Below are positions 10,564-26,505 of a stretch of 64,000 nucleotides of DNA, one piece after another. Source of the stretch: Escherichia coli (GTDB lineage Bacteria > Pseudomonadota > Gammaproteobacteria > Enterobacterales > Enterobacteriaceae); NCBI RefSeq assembly GCF_003334385.1, contig NZ_QOWN01000007.1. One strand, given 5' to 3'. The number at the start of each line of letters is the position of its first letter. Positions within the stretch are counted from its first letter, which is position 1. Made by a program: the position numbers and the translations under genes. The notes below the pieces were generated by a model. That model was given only the letters and a program-made list of their open reading frames with translations, was not told the origin of the DNA and made no database searches.

Positions 10564-11736
10564 TCAGGCCTTATGGTGGAAATAATCACTCAGGCGAGAA
10601 AACATGCTGCCTTCCCCGACAGATTCCAGGGTAACCAGCGGCCAGTGCGCCACCTGTTTATCACGGTCGTAAAGTTCAATTTCCCCTACCCGCTGATGGG
10701 CGCTAATTGGCGCGGTGAGTTCTTTACCATCAAGGGTATATTTGGCTTTGATATGTGGAATTTCGGCTTTCGGTAGCACCATCCAGAACTCTTGTTCCGT
10801 TCCCAGGGCGATATTTTCTTTATCGCCATACCAGATGCGTTCCGTACCGACCTTTTTCCCACGGTGCAAAATTTGCACCGTAGTAAAGTTTTGTTGCCCC
10901 CAACGCAGTAATTTTCTTGCCTCTTCCTCACGACCTTTTGCGCTGTCAGCACCCATTACCACTGCAATGAGACGACGCTGCCCATCTACAGCCGAAGCAA
11001 TGAGATTAAACCCGGCACCAGAAGTATGACCCGTTTTCAGGCCGTCAACATTCATGGTTTTATCCCACAATAACCCGTTACGGTTTTGCTGGGTGATACC
11101 GTTCCAGGTGAGGCTTTTCTCACTGTACATATGATAAAACTCGGGCTCGCCGTGGATGATAGCACGAGAAAGCACAGCTAAATCATAAGCCGAGCTATGC
11201 TGACCTGGCGCATCCAGGCCATGCACTGTTTCAAAATGCGTATCCTTGAGATGCAGCTTCTCGGCATAGTTGTTCATCATTTCAACAAACTGCCGTTGCC
11301 CACCGGCAATATAGTCAGCCAGAGCAACACAAGCGTCATTTCCGGAATCAACAATTAAACCACGGCTTAAATCACGTACCGATACGCGATCGCCCTCTTT
11401 CAAAAACATCAGTGAAGAACCGACAAACACCGGATTATCTTTCGCCCACGCATCGCGCCCCACGGTGACAATATCGTCTGGCGTAATGCGATGACTATCG
11501 ATAGCGCGATCCACGACATAACCCGTCATCAGCTTTGTCAGGCTGGCGGGATTGCGCTGTTGATGCTCATTACCCGCGGTGAGGATCTGTCCGGTGGTGT
11601 AATCCATCAGTACCCAGGACCCGGCATGAATCTCTGGAGGCTGAGGTGAAAAAGGAATGTTTTCCGCCGCAAAACCAGACGATAAGTTAAAAACGAACAA
11701 AGAAGCAGCAATAATAAGACGGCGTTTCAACAGCAA
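10564..11736 (-). CDS. dacD: D-alanyl-D-alanine carboxypeptidase DacD (PBP6b)
   Basis: 390 aa with signal peptide and SxxK (ASLTKLMT) motif. Confidence 0.9.
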   Translation of the reverse strand: MLLKRRLIIAASLFVFNLSSGFAAENIPFSPQPPEIHAGSWVLMDYTTGQILTAGNEHQQRNPASLTKLMTGYVVDRAIDSHRITPDDIVTVGRDAWAKDNPVFVGSSLMFLKEGDRVSVRDLSRGLIVDSGNDACVALADYIAGGQRQFVEMMNNYAEKLHLKDTHFETVHGLDAPGQHSSAYDLAVLSRAIIHGEPEFYHMYSEKSLTWNGITQQNRNGLLWDKTMNVDGLKTGHTSGAGFNLIASAVDGQRRLIAVVMGADSAKGREEEARKLLRWGQQNFTTVQILHRGKKVGTERIWYGDKENIALGTEQEFWMVLPKAEIPHIKAKYTLDGKELTAPISAHQRVGEIELYDRDKQVAHWPLVTLESVGEGSMFSRLSDYFHHKA

Positions 11737-11938
11737 ACCCTCAGGAGTTTCAAATAGCTGTTCTTTTTACGGAAATACTTATGAACTGGCTGGAATAAAG
11801 TGCAAGAAAATGTGACTACCCTCTCATTTTTATCTGACATGATCTGTTGCCACTCGCTGCCAAATTGTGGCGCTAAAGCTGATTAGCACGGTGATATTTG
11901 ATACTCTGGCAGACAGCAGAAATAACGGATTTAACCTA

Positions 11939-13366
11939 ATGATGAATGACGGTAAGCAACAATCTACCTTTTTGTTTCACGATTACGAAACCTTTGGCAC
12001 GCACCCCGCGTTAGATCGCCCTGCACAGTTCGCAGCCATTCGCACCGATAGCGAATTCAATGTCATCGGCGAACCCGAAGTCTTTTACTGCAAGCCCGCT
12101 GATGACTATTTACCCCAGCCTGGAGCAGTATTAATTACCGGTATTACCCCGCAGGAAGCACGGGCGAAAGGAGAAAACGAAGCCGCGTTTGCCGCCCGTA
12201 TTCACTCGCTTTTTACCGTACCGAAGACCTGTATTCTGGGCTACAACAATGTGCGTTTCGACGACGAAGTCACACGCAACGTTTTTTATCGTAATTTCTA
12301 CGATCCTTACGCCTGGAGCTGGCAGCATGATAACTCGCGCTGGGATTTACTGGATGTTATGCGTGCCTGTTATGCCCTGCGCCCGGAAGGAATAAACTGG
12401 CCTGAAAATGATGACGGTCTACCGAGCTTTCGCCTTGAGCATTTAACCAAAGCGAATGGTATTGAACATAGCAACGCCCACGATGCGATGGCTGATGTGT
12501 ACGCCACTATTGCGATGGCAAAGCTGGTAAAAACGCGTCAGCCACGCCTGTTTGATTATCTCTTTACCCATCGTAATAAACACAAACTGATGGCGTTGAT
12601 TGATGTTCCGCAGATGAAACCCCTGGTGCACGTTTCCGGAATGTTTGGGGCATGGCGCGGCAACACCAGCTGGGTGGCACCGCTGGCGTGGCATCCTGAA
12701 AATCGCAATGCCGTAATTATGGTGGATTTGGCAGGAGACATTTCGCCATTACTGGAACTGGATAGCGACACATTGCGCGAGCGTTTATATACCGCAAAAA
12801 CCGATCTTGGCGATAACGCCGCCGTTCCGGTTAAGCTGGTGCACATCAATAAATGTCCGGTGCTGGCCCAGGCGAATACGCTACGCCCGGAAGATGCCGA
12901 CCGACTGGGAATTAATCGTCAGCATTGCCTCGATAACCTGAAAATTCTGCGTGAAAATCCGCAAGTGCGCGAAAAAGTGGTGGCGATATTCGCGGAAGCC
13001 GAACCGTTTACGCCTTCAGATAACGTGGATGCACAGCTTTATAACGGCTTTTTCAGTGACGCCGATCGTGCAGCAATGAAAATTGTGCTGGAAACCGAGC
13101 CGCGTAATTTACCGGCACTGGATATCACTTTTGTCGATAAACGGATTGAAAAGCTGTTGTTCAATTATCGGGCGCGCAACTTCCCGGGGACGCTGGATTA
13201 TGCCGAGCAGCAACGCTGGCTGGAGCACCGCCGCCAGGTATTCACACCCGAGTTTTTACAAGGCTATGCAGAAGAGATTCAGATGCTGGCGCAGCAGTAT
13301 GCCGACGATAAAGAAAAAGTGGCGCTGTTAAAAGCGCTTTGGCAGTACGCGGAAGAGATTGTCTAG
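11939..13366 (+). CDS. sbcB: Exodeoxyribonuclease I SbcB
   Basis: 475 aa from MMNDGKQQSTFLFHDYETFG; ORF-track start at 11867 is an extension. Confidence 0.9.
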   Translation: MMNDGKQQSTFLFHDYETFGTHPALDRPAQFAAIRTDSEFNVIGEPEVFYCKPADDYLPQPGAVLITGITPQEARAKGENEAAFAARIHSLFTVPKTCILGYNNVRFDDEVTRNVFYRNFYDPYAWSWQHDNSRWDLLDVMRACYALRPEGINWPENDDGLPSFRLEHLTKANGIEHSNAHDAMADVYATIAMAKLVKTRQPRLFDYLFTHRNKHKLMALIDVPQMKPLVHVSGMFGAWRGNTSWVAPLAWHPENRNAVIMVDLAGDISPLLELDSDTLRERLYTAKTDLGDNAAVPVKLVHINKCPVLAQANTLRPEDADRLGINRQHCLDNLKILRENPQVREKVVAIFAEAEPFTPSDNVDAQLYNGFFSDADRAAMKIVLETEPRNLPALDITFVDKRIEKLLFNYRARNFPGTLDYAEQQRWLEHRRQVFTPEFLQGYAEEIQMLAQQYADDKEKVALLKALWQYAEEIV

Positions 13367-13373
13367 TTTGAAG

Positions 13374-13397
13374 CCTCCGCCGCTGATACGGCGGAGG
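13374..13397. terminator. Bidirectional rho-independent terminator between sbcB and yeeD
   Basis: cctccgccg-ctgata-cggcggagg hairpin. Confidence 0.6.
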
Positions 13398-13408
13398 ACA
13401 ATGTTGGG

Positions 13409-13636
13409 TCAGGCTTTTTGAACGGTGATGCTCCACGCAGCATCGCCAATCTGCTGATAATCGGTGATGGCATGTCCTTCTTCTGCCGCCCATTGTGGGA
13501 TTGCTTCTGTTGCCTGGGTGCAATCAAACTCAATTACCAACTCATCGCCGCTGGTCATTTCTGCCAGTGCTGCTTTTGCTTCTATGAGTGGAAACGGACA
13601 GACCTGCGTCACCACATCCAGCTTTTTAATCGCCAT
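13409..13636 (-). CDS. yeeD: TusA-like sulfurtransferase YeeD
   Basis: 75 aa with CPFP motif. Confidence 0.85.
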   Translation of the reverse strand: MAIKKLDVVTQVCPFPLIEAKAALAEMTSGDELVIEFDCTQATEAIPQWAAEEGHAITDYQQIGDAAWSITVQKA

Positions 13637-13649
13637 CTTTACACCTTAC

Positions 13650-14708
13650 TTAATTTGCCGCAGCAGTCGCCAGTCGCGCCTTACGCTGCGGTCGAACATA
13701 CACAAGCCAGGACGCAGTCCAGACACCGAGAATCATAAATACAAGGCCAACCCAGCCCTGCCAGGTCATCATTGCAGTCATAACCAGTCCATTACCGATA
13801 GAGCAACCACCTGCAATACTGGCACCGAAGCCCATCAGTACACCACCTAACCCGCTACGTAATGTTGTTTGTGCATCAGCTGCGCGAACGCGGAACTCAC
13901 GGCTCCCTTTGGCTGCAATAAATGACCCCACGAAGATCCCTAACACCAGGAAAACGCCCCAGTTAATGTATTTCACGTCACCCGCGACCAGAAATTGCAG
14001 AATATTGGCCGTTGGGGAAGTGATTCCTAACCCAAACATGCGTCCGGTTGCTTCACTCAGGGGCCAGGCTAAAAGCGCAATCAAACCGATGAGTACAGCA
14101 GTGACAAAGGGATGCCAGCGTTTTTCAAACAGAATATGAGCGATACCGGTTCGGCGCGGCGGTAAGGTCGCGACTTTGAGTTTTGGCTTCTTCAACTCTT
14201 TCATCACCACCCAGAGCGTTATCACCAGCAAAACGGTAACCAACGGCCACACAGACAAATTAAAAGTCTCAGCAATAGAGTTATGTTCAGTACTGTAGTG
14301 CTGCAAGGTTTGATTTAAACCACTGGCATGTGGAGAACGCATCACCGCACTCATCACCATATAAGTGAAAAGCGCGATCCAACTGCCGATCAATCCCTCC
14401 CCCGCGCGATACCAGGTCCCGGTGGCACATCCACCCGCCAGAACAATTCCCAGCCCGAAGATATACCCACCTATAACAGTACCAAGCCACGGGAACGCCC
14501 CGGCTTCGTAAGTCAGTAGGCCCGCCTGAATTAACGCAAAAACCCCCACGCTTTGTACCGAAATTGCAATCAGCAGGGCATAAAACATGCGATTATTTTT
14601 CGCGATATACATATCGCGAAAACCACCAGTCAGGCAAAAACGCCCACGCTGCATGACAAATCCCAGCAGAGCACCACAAATTAGCCCGCTTAATATCATT
14701 GAAAACAT
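13650..14708 (-). CDS. yeeE: Thiosulfate/sulfur-compound transporter YeeE (TsuA)
   Basis: 352 aa multi-TM; paired with yeeD. Confidence 0.85.
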   Translation of the reverse strand: MFSMILSGLICGALLGFVMQRGRFCLTGGFRDMYIAKNNRMFYALLIAISVQSVGVFALIQAGLLTYEAGAFPWLGTVIGGYIFGLGIVLAGGCATGTWYRAGEGLIGSWIALFTYMVMSAVMRSPHASGLNQTLQHYSTEHNSIAETFNLSVWPLVTVLLVITLWVVMKELKKPKLKVATLPPRRTGIAHILFEKRWHPFVTAVLIGLIALLAWPLSEATGRMFGLGITSPTANILQFLVAGDVKYINWGVFLVLGIFVGSFIAAKGSREFRVRAADAQTTLRSGLGGVLMGFGASIAGGCSIGNGLVMTAMMTWQGWVGLVFMILGVWTASWLVYVRPQRKARLATAAAN

Positions 14709-14886
14709 AAATTAATTAACCAGATGAATGTTAATAGGGAAATTATTCATGACCGGTGGAATGCAGACCAATAACCAAATTCTCTAAATTAGAACAAATG
14801 GTTATTAATGAGGATGTCGATAAAAAAGAATAAAAAAACCGGAGCCCAATATTCATTCGACTCCGGTTTATTATTACAAAAGATGA

Positions 14887-16245
14887 TTACGCTACGTCTT
14901 CGTACTGCGGAACCGGATTACGGAAACTCTTGGTGACGCAAGCCAGGTAAATCAGACCGATAGCCGCCCAGATCAGACCCAGAACCATTGAGCTTTCTTC
15001 CAGGTTAACCCACAGCGCACCAACGGTCAGCGCACCACACATCGGCAGGAACAGATACTGGAAGTGATCTTTCAGCGTCTTGTTACGCTTCTCACGGATC
15101 CAGAACTGCGAGATGACCGACAGGTTAACGAAGGTGAACGCCACCAACGCACCAAAGTTGATCAGCGCTGTAGCCATTACCAGGTCGAAGTTGATTGCCA
15201 GCAAGGCAATCGCGCCAACCAGGATGATGTTCATCGCCGGAGTACGCCATTTCGGGTGTACATAACCGAAGAAGCTTTTCGGGAATACGCCGTCACGCCC
15301 CATTACGTACATCAGACGCGCAACGCCTGCATGCGCCGCCATACCGGACGCCAGTACGGTAATGGTGGAGAAGATCAGCGCACCAACCTGGAATGCTTTA
15401 CCTGCAACATACAGCATGATTTCAGGCTGTGACGCATCCGGATCTTTAAAGCGAGAGATATCCGGGAAGTACAGCTGCAGGAAGTAAGTTGCAAAGATGA
15501 AGATCATGCCGCCAATCAGCGCGGTCAGGAAAATCGCACGCGGGATCACGCGCTCTGCATCTTTGGTTTCTTCCGACAGGTTGCTGATGCCGTCAAAGCC
15601 GGTAAAGGAGAAGCACAGGATTGTCGCCCCGGTAATCATCGGGATAACATGCGCATCGCCAGACCAGAATGGACGAGTGCTCGCCAGCGTACCAGCGCCT
15701 TCACCTTCAAATACGCCATAAACAACCATGCCCAGAATCACCGCGATCAGCACTACCTGCAACACGACGATTACAGTGTTGAAGTTCGCTACGGATTTCA
15801 GACTACGCAGGTTAAAGGCGGTCATAAAGGCCACCAGCGCCACCACAAACATCCACGATGGGATGGAAGGCACCAGAGCTTCAAAATAAATTTTCGCCAG
15901 CAGAATGTTGATCATCGGCGCGAACAGATAGTCGAGCAGAGAAGACCAACCCACCATAAAGCCGACAGTCGGGCTAATGGATTTCTGGGCGTAAGTGTAT
16001 GCAGAGCCAGCAGAAGGATAGCGGCGAACCAGCTTCCCGTAGCTCAGAGCCGTAAACAGGATCGCAATCAATGCGAACGCATAGGCTGTCGGCACATGAC
16101 CATCCGTGAGGCCTGAAACGATACCAAAAGTATCAAACAGCGTCATCGGCTGCATATAGGCAAGACCCATCATTACAACCGGAACTAACGTAAGCGTTTT
16201 ACGCAATTCCACGCGAGAGGTGTTTGGAGTAACGTTATGCGACAT
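14887..16245 (-). CDS. plaP: Putrescine importer PlaP (YeeF), APC family
   Basis: 452 aa from [16 protein letters not shown]; amino-acid/polyamine permease. Confidence 0.9.
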   Translation of the reverse strand: MSHNVTPNTSRVELRKTLTLVPVVMMGLAYMQPMTLFDTFGIVSGLTDGHVPTAYAFALIAILFTALSYGKLVRRYPSAGSAYTYAQKSISPTVGFMVGWSSLLDYLFAPMINILLAKIYFEALVPSIPSWMFVVALVAFMTAFNLRSLKSVANFNTVIVVLQVVLIAVILGMVVYGVFEGEGAGTLASTRPFWSGDAHVIPMITGATILCFSFTGFDGISNLSEETKDAERVIPRAIFLTALIGGMIFIFATYFLQLYFPDISRFKDPDASQPEIMLYVAGKAFQVGALIFSTITVLASGMAAHAGVARLMYVMGRDGVFPKSFFGYVHPKWRTPAMNIILVGAIALLAINFDLVMATALINFGALVAFTFVNLSVISQFWIREKRNKTLKDHFQYLFLPMCGALTVGALWVNLEESSMVLGLIWAAIGLIYLACVTKSFRNPVPQYEDVA

Positions 16246-16511
16246 GGTCATTCTCCTTTACGGTGATAACCGTCGCGTAAGCAAAAAATTGCCCCATTTT
16301 TTTGGATTCCTCAGCGACAACAACTGTCGATTTTTAGTAAATATCTATCCGGTACGAAGCCCGGCCTCTTGGTATGAATGATTGGTTTGAAGCAAAAAAT
16401 AACCGACGCTGATGAAACGTCGGTTTTTAGTCATTTTTTGACAGCGGCGCATTGTGCCTAAATGGGGGGGAAATGACAAGAGAATGAGAGGCTTGTCATA
16501 ATAATTTTTCT

Positions 16512-17441
16512 TTAAATGGCTGATTTTCCGTCATCAGATTTTGCATAAACACCGGCGATCGCACTATTTGCTAAAATTTCATCTCGCCACCAGCCGCTGG
16601 CAAGGCCTGCGGTCTGTTCGTTCCAGCCAATCCAGACGGGTTCAAAGAGAGTTTGGGCGACCACTTTCTTCTCGATTAACGCGCCACTATCGAGAAACCG
16701 TTGCGCCAGATAACGGGGTAAATAGCCGCAGCCGAGGCCGCTAATTTGCAGCTCCAGCTTGGTTTTAAAATCGAAAACGGTAATGGCTTCTTGTTCGTCG
16801 AGAAGTTGTGAGGCCGTAGAAGCGCCTGCCTGCGCAGTATCCCCCACCACAATCGCCCGATATCGCTTAATAATACGACGGTTTAACGGCTCTTCTTCCA
16901 GGGCTAACGGATGATGAGGCGCGACCGCAAAGACTTGTTCCAGATCGCCCAACCGTGAAAAACCAAACTCACTGGAAGATGGTGGCTCATGCATCGCGCC
17001 AACAATAATATCCGCTCGCCCCTGAGTCAGGGCATCCCAGGAACCACCGAGTACGCCATTGATAAACTTCAGGCGCGTCACGCTATGATGTTGATAAAAA
17101 GCTTCAATCAGTGGCGCAAGCAGAGAAAAAGGAAACGTGTCGTCCACGCCAATCACCAGCTCGTTTTCCCAGCCTTCATGCAGTTTGATCGCCTGCTTTT
17201 CCAGTTCTCGCACGGTATGCAGAACTTCCCGCCCTTTCTCTAATAACATTTTTCCGGTACGGGTGAATTTAGCGCGGTGACCGCTACGATCAAGCAATTG
17301 AATATTAAGGTCGCTTTCCAGCTTGTGAACGGTATAACTCAGAGCGGACGGCGTCTTATAGAGTTTGGCCGACGCCGCCGCAAAACTGCCTTCTTTTTCT
17401 AAGGCATCGAGGATCATCAACACATCCAGCAGTGGTTTCAT
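16512..17441 (-). CDS. yeeY: LysR-family transcriptional regulator YeeY
   Basis: 309 aa from MKPLLDVLMILDALEKEGSF (HTH N-terminus). Confidence 0.85.
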   Translation of the reverse strand: MKPLLDVLMILDALEKEGSFAAASAKLYKTPSALSYTVHKLESDLNIQLLDRSGHRAKFTRTGKMLLEKGREVLHTVRELEKQAIKLHEGWENELVIGVDDTFPFSLLAPLIEAFYQHHSVTRLKFINGVLGGSWDALTQGRADIIVGAMHEPPSSSEFGFSRLGDLEQVFAVAPHHPLALEEEPLNRRIIKRYRAIVVGDTAQAGASTASQLLDEQEAITVFDFKTKLELQISGLGCGYLPRYLAQRFLDSGALIEKKVVAQTLFEPVWIGWNEQTAGLASGWWRDEILANSAIAGVYAKSDDGKSAI

Positions 17442-17486
17442 ACACGCCCCCTTGCAGTGCATGCGGCGTCCTGCTGGCGTGATCGT

Positions 17487-18311
17487 TTACTCCAGCGGCA
17501 TTACCAGCGGATCGGGATACTGGTATTCAAATCCCAGTTCATTACAAATCCGACTGCCATCAATAATCTTACCTTTGCCGCTGTCCAGACTATTTCTGAA
17601 CTGCGGAGGCTCCAGCCCCAGTAAACGGGCCATCTGCGGATAGAAAACATTACGCGCAGGGTGAGCTGGCGCACATATATTATAGATGTGTCCGCCTTTA
17701 GGTGCCTGTAACAACAGAGTGATAGCGCCAATAACATCTTCTAAATGGACTAAATTAACACCATGTTCACCATCAGGCGCGGTTTTTCCGGCAAAGAAGC
17801 GTCCGGGATGACGTCCCGGTCCGACCAGCCCCGCAAGACGCAGAATATCGACCGAAGTACCGGGTAAATTGTGCAGCCAGTCTTCGAGTTCTTCTAATAC
17901 TCGTCCACTGTTGGTCACCGGATTACGCGGGGTGGTTTCTTTCACCGTGCCTTGCGCGTCGCCATAGACAGATGTTGAGCTGGTGAAAATAATGCGGGGA
18001 ATACGATGGGCCAGCGCGCTATCCACTAACTCTTGTACCGCTTGTAAATAGAACTCATCGCCGGGGCCGCTACGACGTGCCGGAAGCGTAATGACCAGCG
18101 CGTCGGCATCCATCAGGGCATCCAGATCGTCAGAATCGCAAACTAGCTCAGGCTCCATGCGAAGCAGATAGCTATCAATGCCACTCATTCGGGCCGCTTC
18201 GACACCATCTTGTGTGGTTTTACTCCCGGTGACTTGCCAGCCTCGCGCTGAAAGTGACATCGCCAGCGGCATGCCTAACCACCCTAACCCGACAATTGCG
18301 ACCTTTTTCAT
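17487..18311 (-). CDS. yeeZ: NAD-dependent epimerase/dehydratase family protein YeeZ
   Basis: 274 aa Rossmann N-terminus MKKVAIVGLGWLG. Confidence 0.85.
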   Translation of the reverse strand: MKKVAIVGLGWLGMPLAMSLSARGWQVTGSKTTQDGVEAARMSGIDSYLLRMEPELVCDSDDLDALMDADALVITLPARRSGPGDEFYLQAVQELVDSALAHRIPRIIFTSSTSVYGDAQGTVKETTPRNPVTNSGRVLEELEDWLHNLPGTSVDILRLAGLVGPGRHPGRFFAGKTAPDGEHGVNLVHLEDVIGAITLLLQAPKGGHIYNICAPAHPARNVFYPQMARLLGLEPPQFRNSLDSGKGKIIDGSRICNELGFEYQYPDPLVMPLE

Positions 18312-18393
18312 CCGTTATCTCCTGATACACCTTAGATCTATAAGGCTACGCTAGCGTATCAAAACTGACAATTCATTCTATGAATGAATCTGT

Positions 18394-18648
18394 TCAATAA
18401 TGATAACGACATGCTGCAATGAGCAGTGAATCGTCGGTAACCGCGTATACCAGACGGTGCTCCTCTGTAATGCGTCGGGACCAGAAACCTGACAAATTAT
18501 GTTTCAGGGGTTCTGGCTTCCCCTTACCTTCAAATGGCGTTCTGCGGGTATCTTTGATAAGTTCATTGATCTTTTTAACAATTCGCTTATCTGTTTCCTG
18601 CCAGTACAGATAATCGTCCCATGATTCCTCAGACCAGATTAGTTTCAC
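18394..18648 (-). CDS. yoeB: Toxin YoeB (RelE/YoeB family ribosome-dependent mRNA interferase)
   Basis: 84 aa, overlaps yefM stop by 4 bp. Confidence 0.9.
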
Positions 18649-18896
18649 TCAATGATGTCCTTTTCCGTTCCTTTGCCTGATTTCAGGCTATCGATTGAGT
18701 CCATCAATCTCCGGGCGTTAGCGGGGGAACGCAGTAGATAAGCCGTCTCTTCCAGGGAGTTATATTCTTCGAGTGACATCAGAACACAAGCCTCTCCATT
18801 CTGACGAGTAATAAGGATCGGGGCATGATCTTCAACGGCTTTCATCATTGTTGCCGACAAATTCTGACGCGCTTCGCTGTAGCTAATTGTACGCAT
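18645..18896 (-). CDS. yefM: Antitoxin YefM
   Basis: 83 aa from [23 protein letters not shown]-track start is extended. Confidence 0.9.
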
Positions 18897-19179
18897 GTCA
18901 ATCTCCTCTTTTGTACAGTTCATTGTACAATGATGGGCGTTAATTAACTATTTATTAATTAGTTTGTAGATCAAGATATTGTCAGTGAGACGAAAAATCC
19001 AGGCTTCGCTATTTTGGGTACCGTCAGGTTAGAGGACAGTCCTCTTAGCCCCCACCTTTCCCCGCTCATTCATTAAACAAATCCATTGCCATAAAATATA
19101 TAAAAAAGCCCTTGCTTTCTAACGTGAAAGTGGTTTAGGTTAAAAAACATCAGTTGAATAAACATTCACAGAGACTTTT

Positions 19180-19230
19180 ATGACACGCGTTCAATTTAAA
19201 CACCACCATCATCACCATCATCCTGACTAG
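19180..19230 (+). CDS. hisL: his operon leader peptide HisL
   Basis: MTRVQFKHHHHHHHPD* with seven consecutive His codons. Confidence 0.95.
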   Translation: MTRVQFKHHHHHHHPD

Positions 19231-19293
19231 TCTTTCAGGCGATGTGTGCTGGAAGACATTCAGATCTTCCAGTGGTGCATGAACGCATGAGAA

Positions 19294-19329
19294 AGCCCCC
19301 GGAAGATCACCTTCCGGGGGCTTTTTTAT
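19294..19329 (+). terminator. his attenuator terminator
   Basis: agcccccggaag-atcac-cttccgggggc followed by TTTTTTAT. Confidence 0.9.
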
Positions 19330-19375
19330 TGCGCGGTTGATAACGGTTCAGACAGGTTTAAAGAGGAATAAGAAA

Positions 19376-20275
19376 ATGACAGACAACACTCGTTTACGCA
19401 TAGCTATGCAGAAATCCGGCCGTTTAAGTGATGACTCACGCGAATTGCTGGCGCGCTGTGGCATTAAAATCAATCTTCACACCCAGCGCCTGATCGCGAT
19501 GGCAGAAAACATGCCGATTGATATTCTGCGCGTGCGTGACGACGACATTCCCGGTCTGGTAATGGACGGCGTGGTTGACCTCGGGATTATCGGCGAAAAC
19601 GTGCTGGAAGAAGAGCTGCTTAACCGCCGCGCCCAGGGTGAAGATCCACGCTACTTTACCCTGCGTCGTCTGGATTTCGGCGGCTGCCGACTTTCACTGG
19701 CAACGCCGGTTGATGAAGCCTGGGATGGCCCGCTCTCCTTAAACGGTAAACGTATCGCCACCTCTTATCCTCACCTGCTCAAGCGTTATCTCGACCAGAA
19801 AGGTATCTGTTTTAAATCCTGCTTACTGAACGGTTCTGTTGAAGTCGCCCCGCGTGCCGGACTGGCGGATGCGATTTGCGATCTGGTTTCCACCGGTGCC
19901 ACGCTGGAAGCTAACGGCCTGCGCGAAGTCGAAGTTATCTATCGCTCGAAAGCCTGCCTGATACAACGCGATGGCGAAATGGAAGAATCCAAACAGCAAC
20001 TGATCGACAAACTGCTGACCCGTATTCAGGGTGTGATTCAGGCGCGCGAATCAAAATACATCATGATGCACGCACCGACCGAACGTCTGGATGAAGTCAT
20101 CGCCCTGCTGCCAGGTGCCGAACGCCCAACCATTCTGCCGCTGGCGGGTGACCAACAGCGCGTAGCGATGCACATGGTCAGCAGTGAAACCCTGTTCTGG
20201 GAAACGATGGAAAAACTGAAAGCGCTGGGTGCCAGTTCAATTCTGGTCCTGCCGATTGAGAAGATGATGGAGTGA
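19376..20275 (+). CDS. hisG: ATP phosphoribosyltransferase HisG
   Basis: 299 aa from [17 protein letters not shown]. Confidence 0.95.
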   Translation: MTDNTRLRIAMQKSGRLSDDSRELLARCGIKINLHTQRLIAMAENMPIDILRVRDDDIPGLVMDGVVDLGIIGENVLEEELLNRRAQGEDPRYFTLRRLDFGGCRLSLATPVDEAWDGPLSLNGKRIATSYPHLLKRYLDQKGICFKSCLLNGSVEVAPRAGLADAICDLVSTGATLEANGLREVEVIYRSKACLIQRDGEMEESKQQLIDKLLTRIQGVIQARESKYIMMHAPTERLDEVIALLPGAERPTILPLAGDQQRVAMHMVSSETLFWETMEKLKALGASSILVLPIEKMME

Positions 20276-20280
20276 TCGCC

Positions 20281-22651
<2,371 letters not shown>

Positions 22652-22652
<1 letters not shown>

Positions 22653-23718
22653 TGAGTCAGAAGTATCTTTTTATCGATCGCGATGGAACCCTGATTAGCG
22701 AACCGCCGAGTGATTTTCAGGTAGATCGTTTTGACAAACTCGCCTTTGAACCGGGCGTGATCCCGGAGCTGCTGAAGCTGCAAAAAGCGGGCTACAAGCT
22801 GGTGATGATCACTAATCAGGATGGTCTTGGAACACAAAGTTTCCCGCAGGCGGATTTCGATGGCCCGCATAACCTGATGATGCAGATATTCACCTCGCAA
22901 GGCGTGCAGTTTGATGAAGTGCTGATTTGCCCACACCTGCCCGCCGATGAGTGCGACTGCCGTAAACCGAAAGTAAAACTGGTGGAGCGTTATCTCGCTG
23001 AGCAAGCGATGGATCGCGCCAACAGTTATGTGATTGGCGATCGCGCGACCGACATTCAACTGGCGGAAAACATGGGCATTAATGGTTTACGCTACGACCG
23101 CGAAACCCTGAACTGGCCAATGATTGGCGAGCAACTCACCAGACGTGACCGTTACGCTCACGTAGTGCGTAATACCAAAGAGACGCAGATTGACGTTCAG
23201 GTGTGGCTGGATCGCGAGGGTGGCAGCAAGATTAACACCGGCGTTGGCTTCTTTGATCACATGCTGGATCAGATCGCCACCCACGGCGGCTTCCGCATGG
23301 AAATCAACGTCAAAGGCGACCTCTATATTGACGATCACCACACCGTCGAAGATACCGGCCTGGCTCTGGGCGAAGCGTTAAAAATGGCTCTTGGCGACAA
23401 ACGCGGTATTTGCCGCTTTGGTTTTGTACTGCCGATGGACGAATGCCTTGCCCGCTGTGCACTGGATATCTCTGGTCGCCCGCACCTGGAATATAAGGCC
23501 GAGTTTACCTACCAGCGCGTGGGCGATCTCAGCACCGAAATGATCGAGCACTTCTTCCGTTCGCTCTCATACACCATGGGCGTGACGCTACACCTGAAAA
23601 CCAAAGGTAAAAACGATCATCACCGTGTAGAGAGTCTGTTCAAAGCCTTTGGTCGCACCCTGCGCCAGGCCATCCGCGTGGAAGGCGACACCCTGCCCTC
23701 GTCGAAAGGAGTGCTGTA

Positions 23719-23719
<1 letters not shown>
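22652..23719 (+). CDS. hisB: Bifunctional histidinol-phosphatase / imidazoleglycerol-phosphate dehydratase HisB
   Basis: 355 aa. Confidence 0.95.
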
Positions 23720-25797
<2,078 letters not shown>

Positions 25798-25804
<7 letters not shown>

Positions 25805-26409
25805 CAGAACAACAACGTCGCAAACTGGACTGGGAAAAAACCGACGGACTTATGCCGGTGATTGTGCAGCACGCGGTATCCGGTGAAGTGTTAATGCTGG
25901 GCTATATGAACCCGGAAGCCTTAGATAAAACCATCGAAAGCGGCAAAGTCACCTTCTTCTCGCGCACTAAACAGCGACTGTGGACCAAAGGCGAAACGTC
26001 GGGCAATTTCCTCAACGTAGTAAATATTGCGCCGGACTGCGACAACGACACGTTACTGGTGCTGGCGAATCCCATCGGCCCGACCTGCCACAAAGGCACC
26101 AGCAGCTGCTTCGGCGACACCGCTCACCAGTGGCTGTTCCTGTATCAACTGGAACAACTGCTCGCCGAACGCAAATCTGCCGACCCGGAAACCTCCTATA
26201 CCGCCAAACTGTATGCCAGCGGCACCAAACGCATTGCGCAGAAAGTGGGCGAAGAAGGCGTGGAAACCGCACTGGCAGCGACAGTACATGACCGCTTTGA
26301 GCTCACCAACGAGGCGTCTGATTTGATGTATCACCTGCTGGTGCTGTTGCAGGATCAGGATCTGGACTTAACGACGGTGATTGAGAACCTGCGTAAACGG
26401 CATCAGTGA
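25798..26409 (+). CDS. hisI: Bifunctional phosphoribosyl-AMP cyclohydrolase / phosphoribosyl-ATP pyrophosphatase HisIE
   Basis: 203 aa. Confidence 0.95.
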
Positions 26410-26454
26410 GTTGCGGGGTAAGCGGATGCGATATTGTTGTAGCATCCGGCAAAA

Positions 26455-26487
26455 AAAACGGGCAAGGTGTCACCACCCTGCCCTTTT
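26455..26487 (+). terminator. Rho-independent terminator after hisI
   Basis: gggcaagg-tgtcaccac-cctgccc followed by TTTTTCTTT. Confidence 0.7.
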
Positions 26488-26505
26488 TCTTTAAAACCGA
26501 AAAGA

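Noticed and set aside
16251-16512. Possible small RNA or small ORF in the plaP-yeeY intergenic region
   Set aside because: Only a single hairpin with T-run (about 16391-16430), consistent with a terminator for yeeY; no conserved ORF with RBS.
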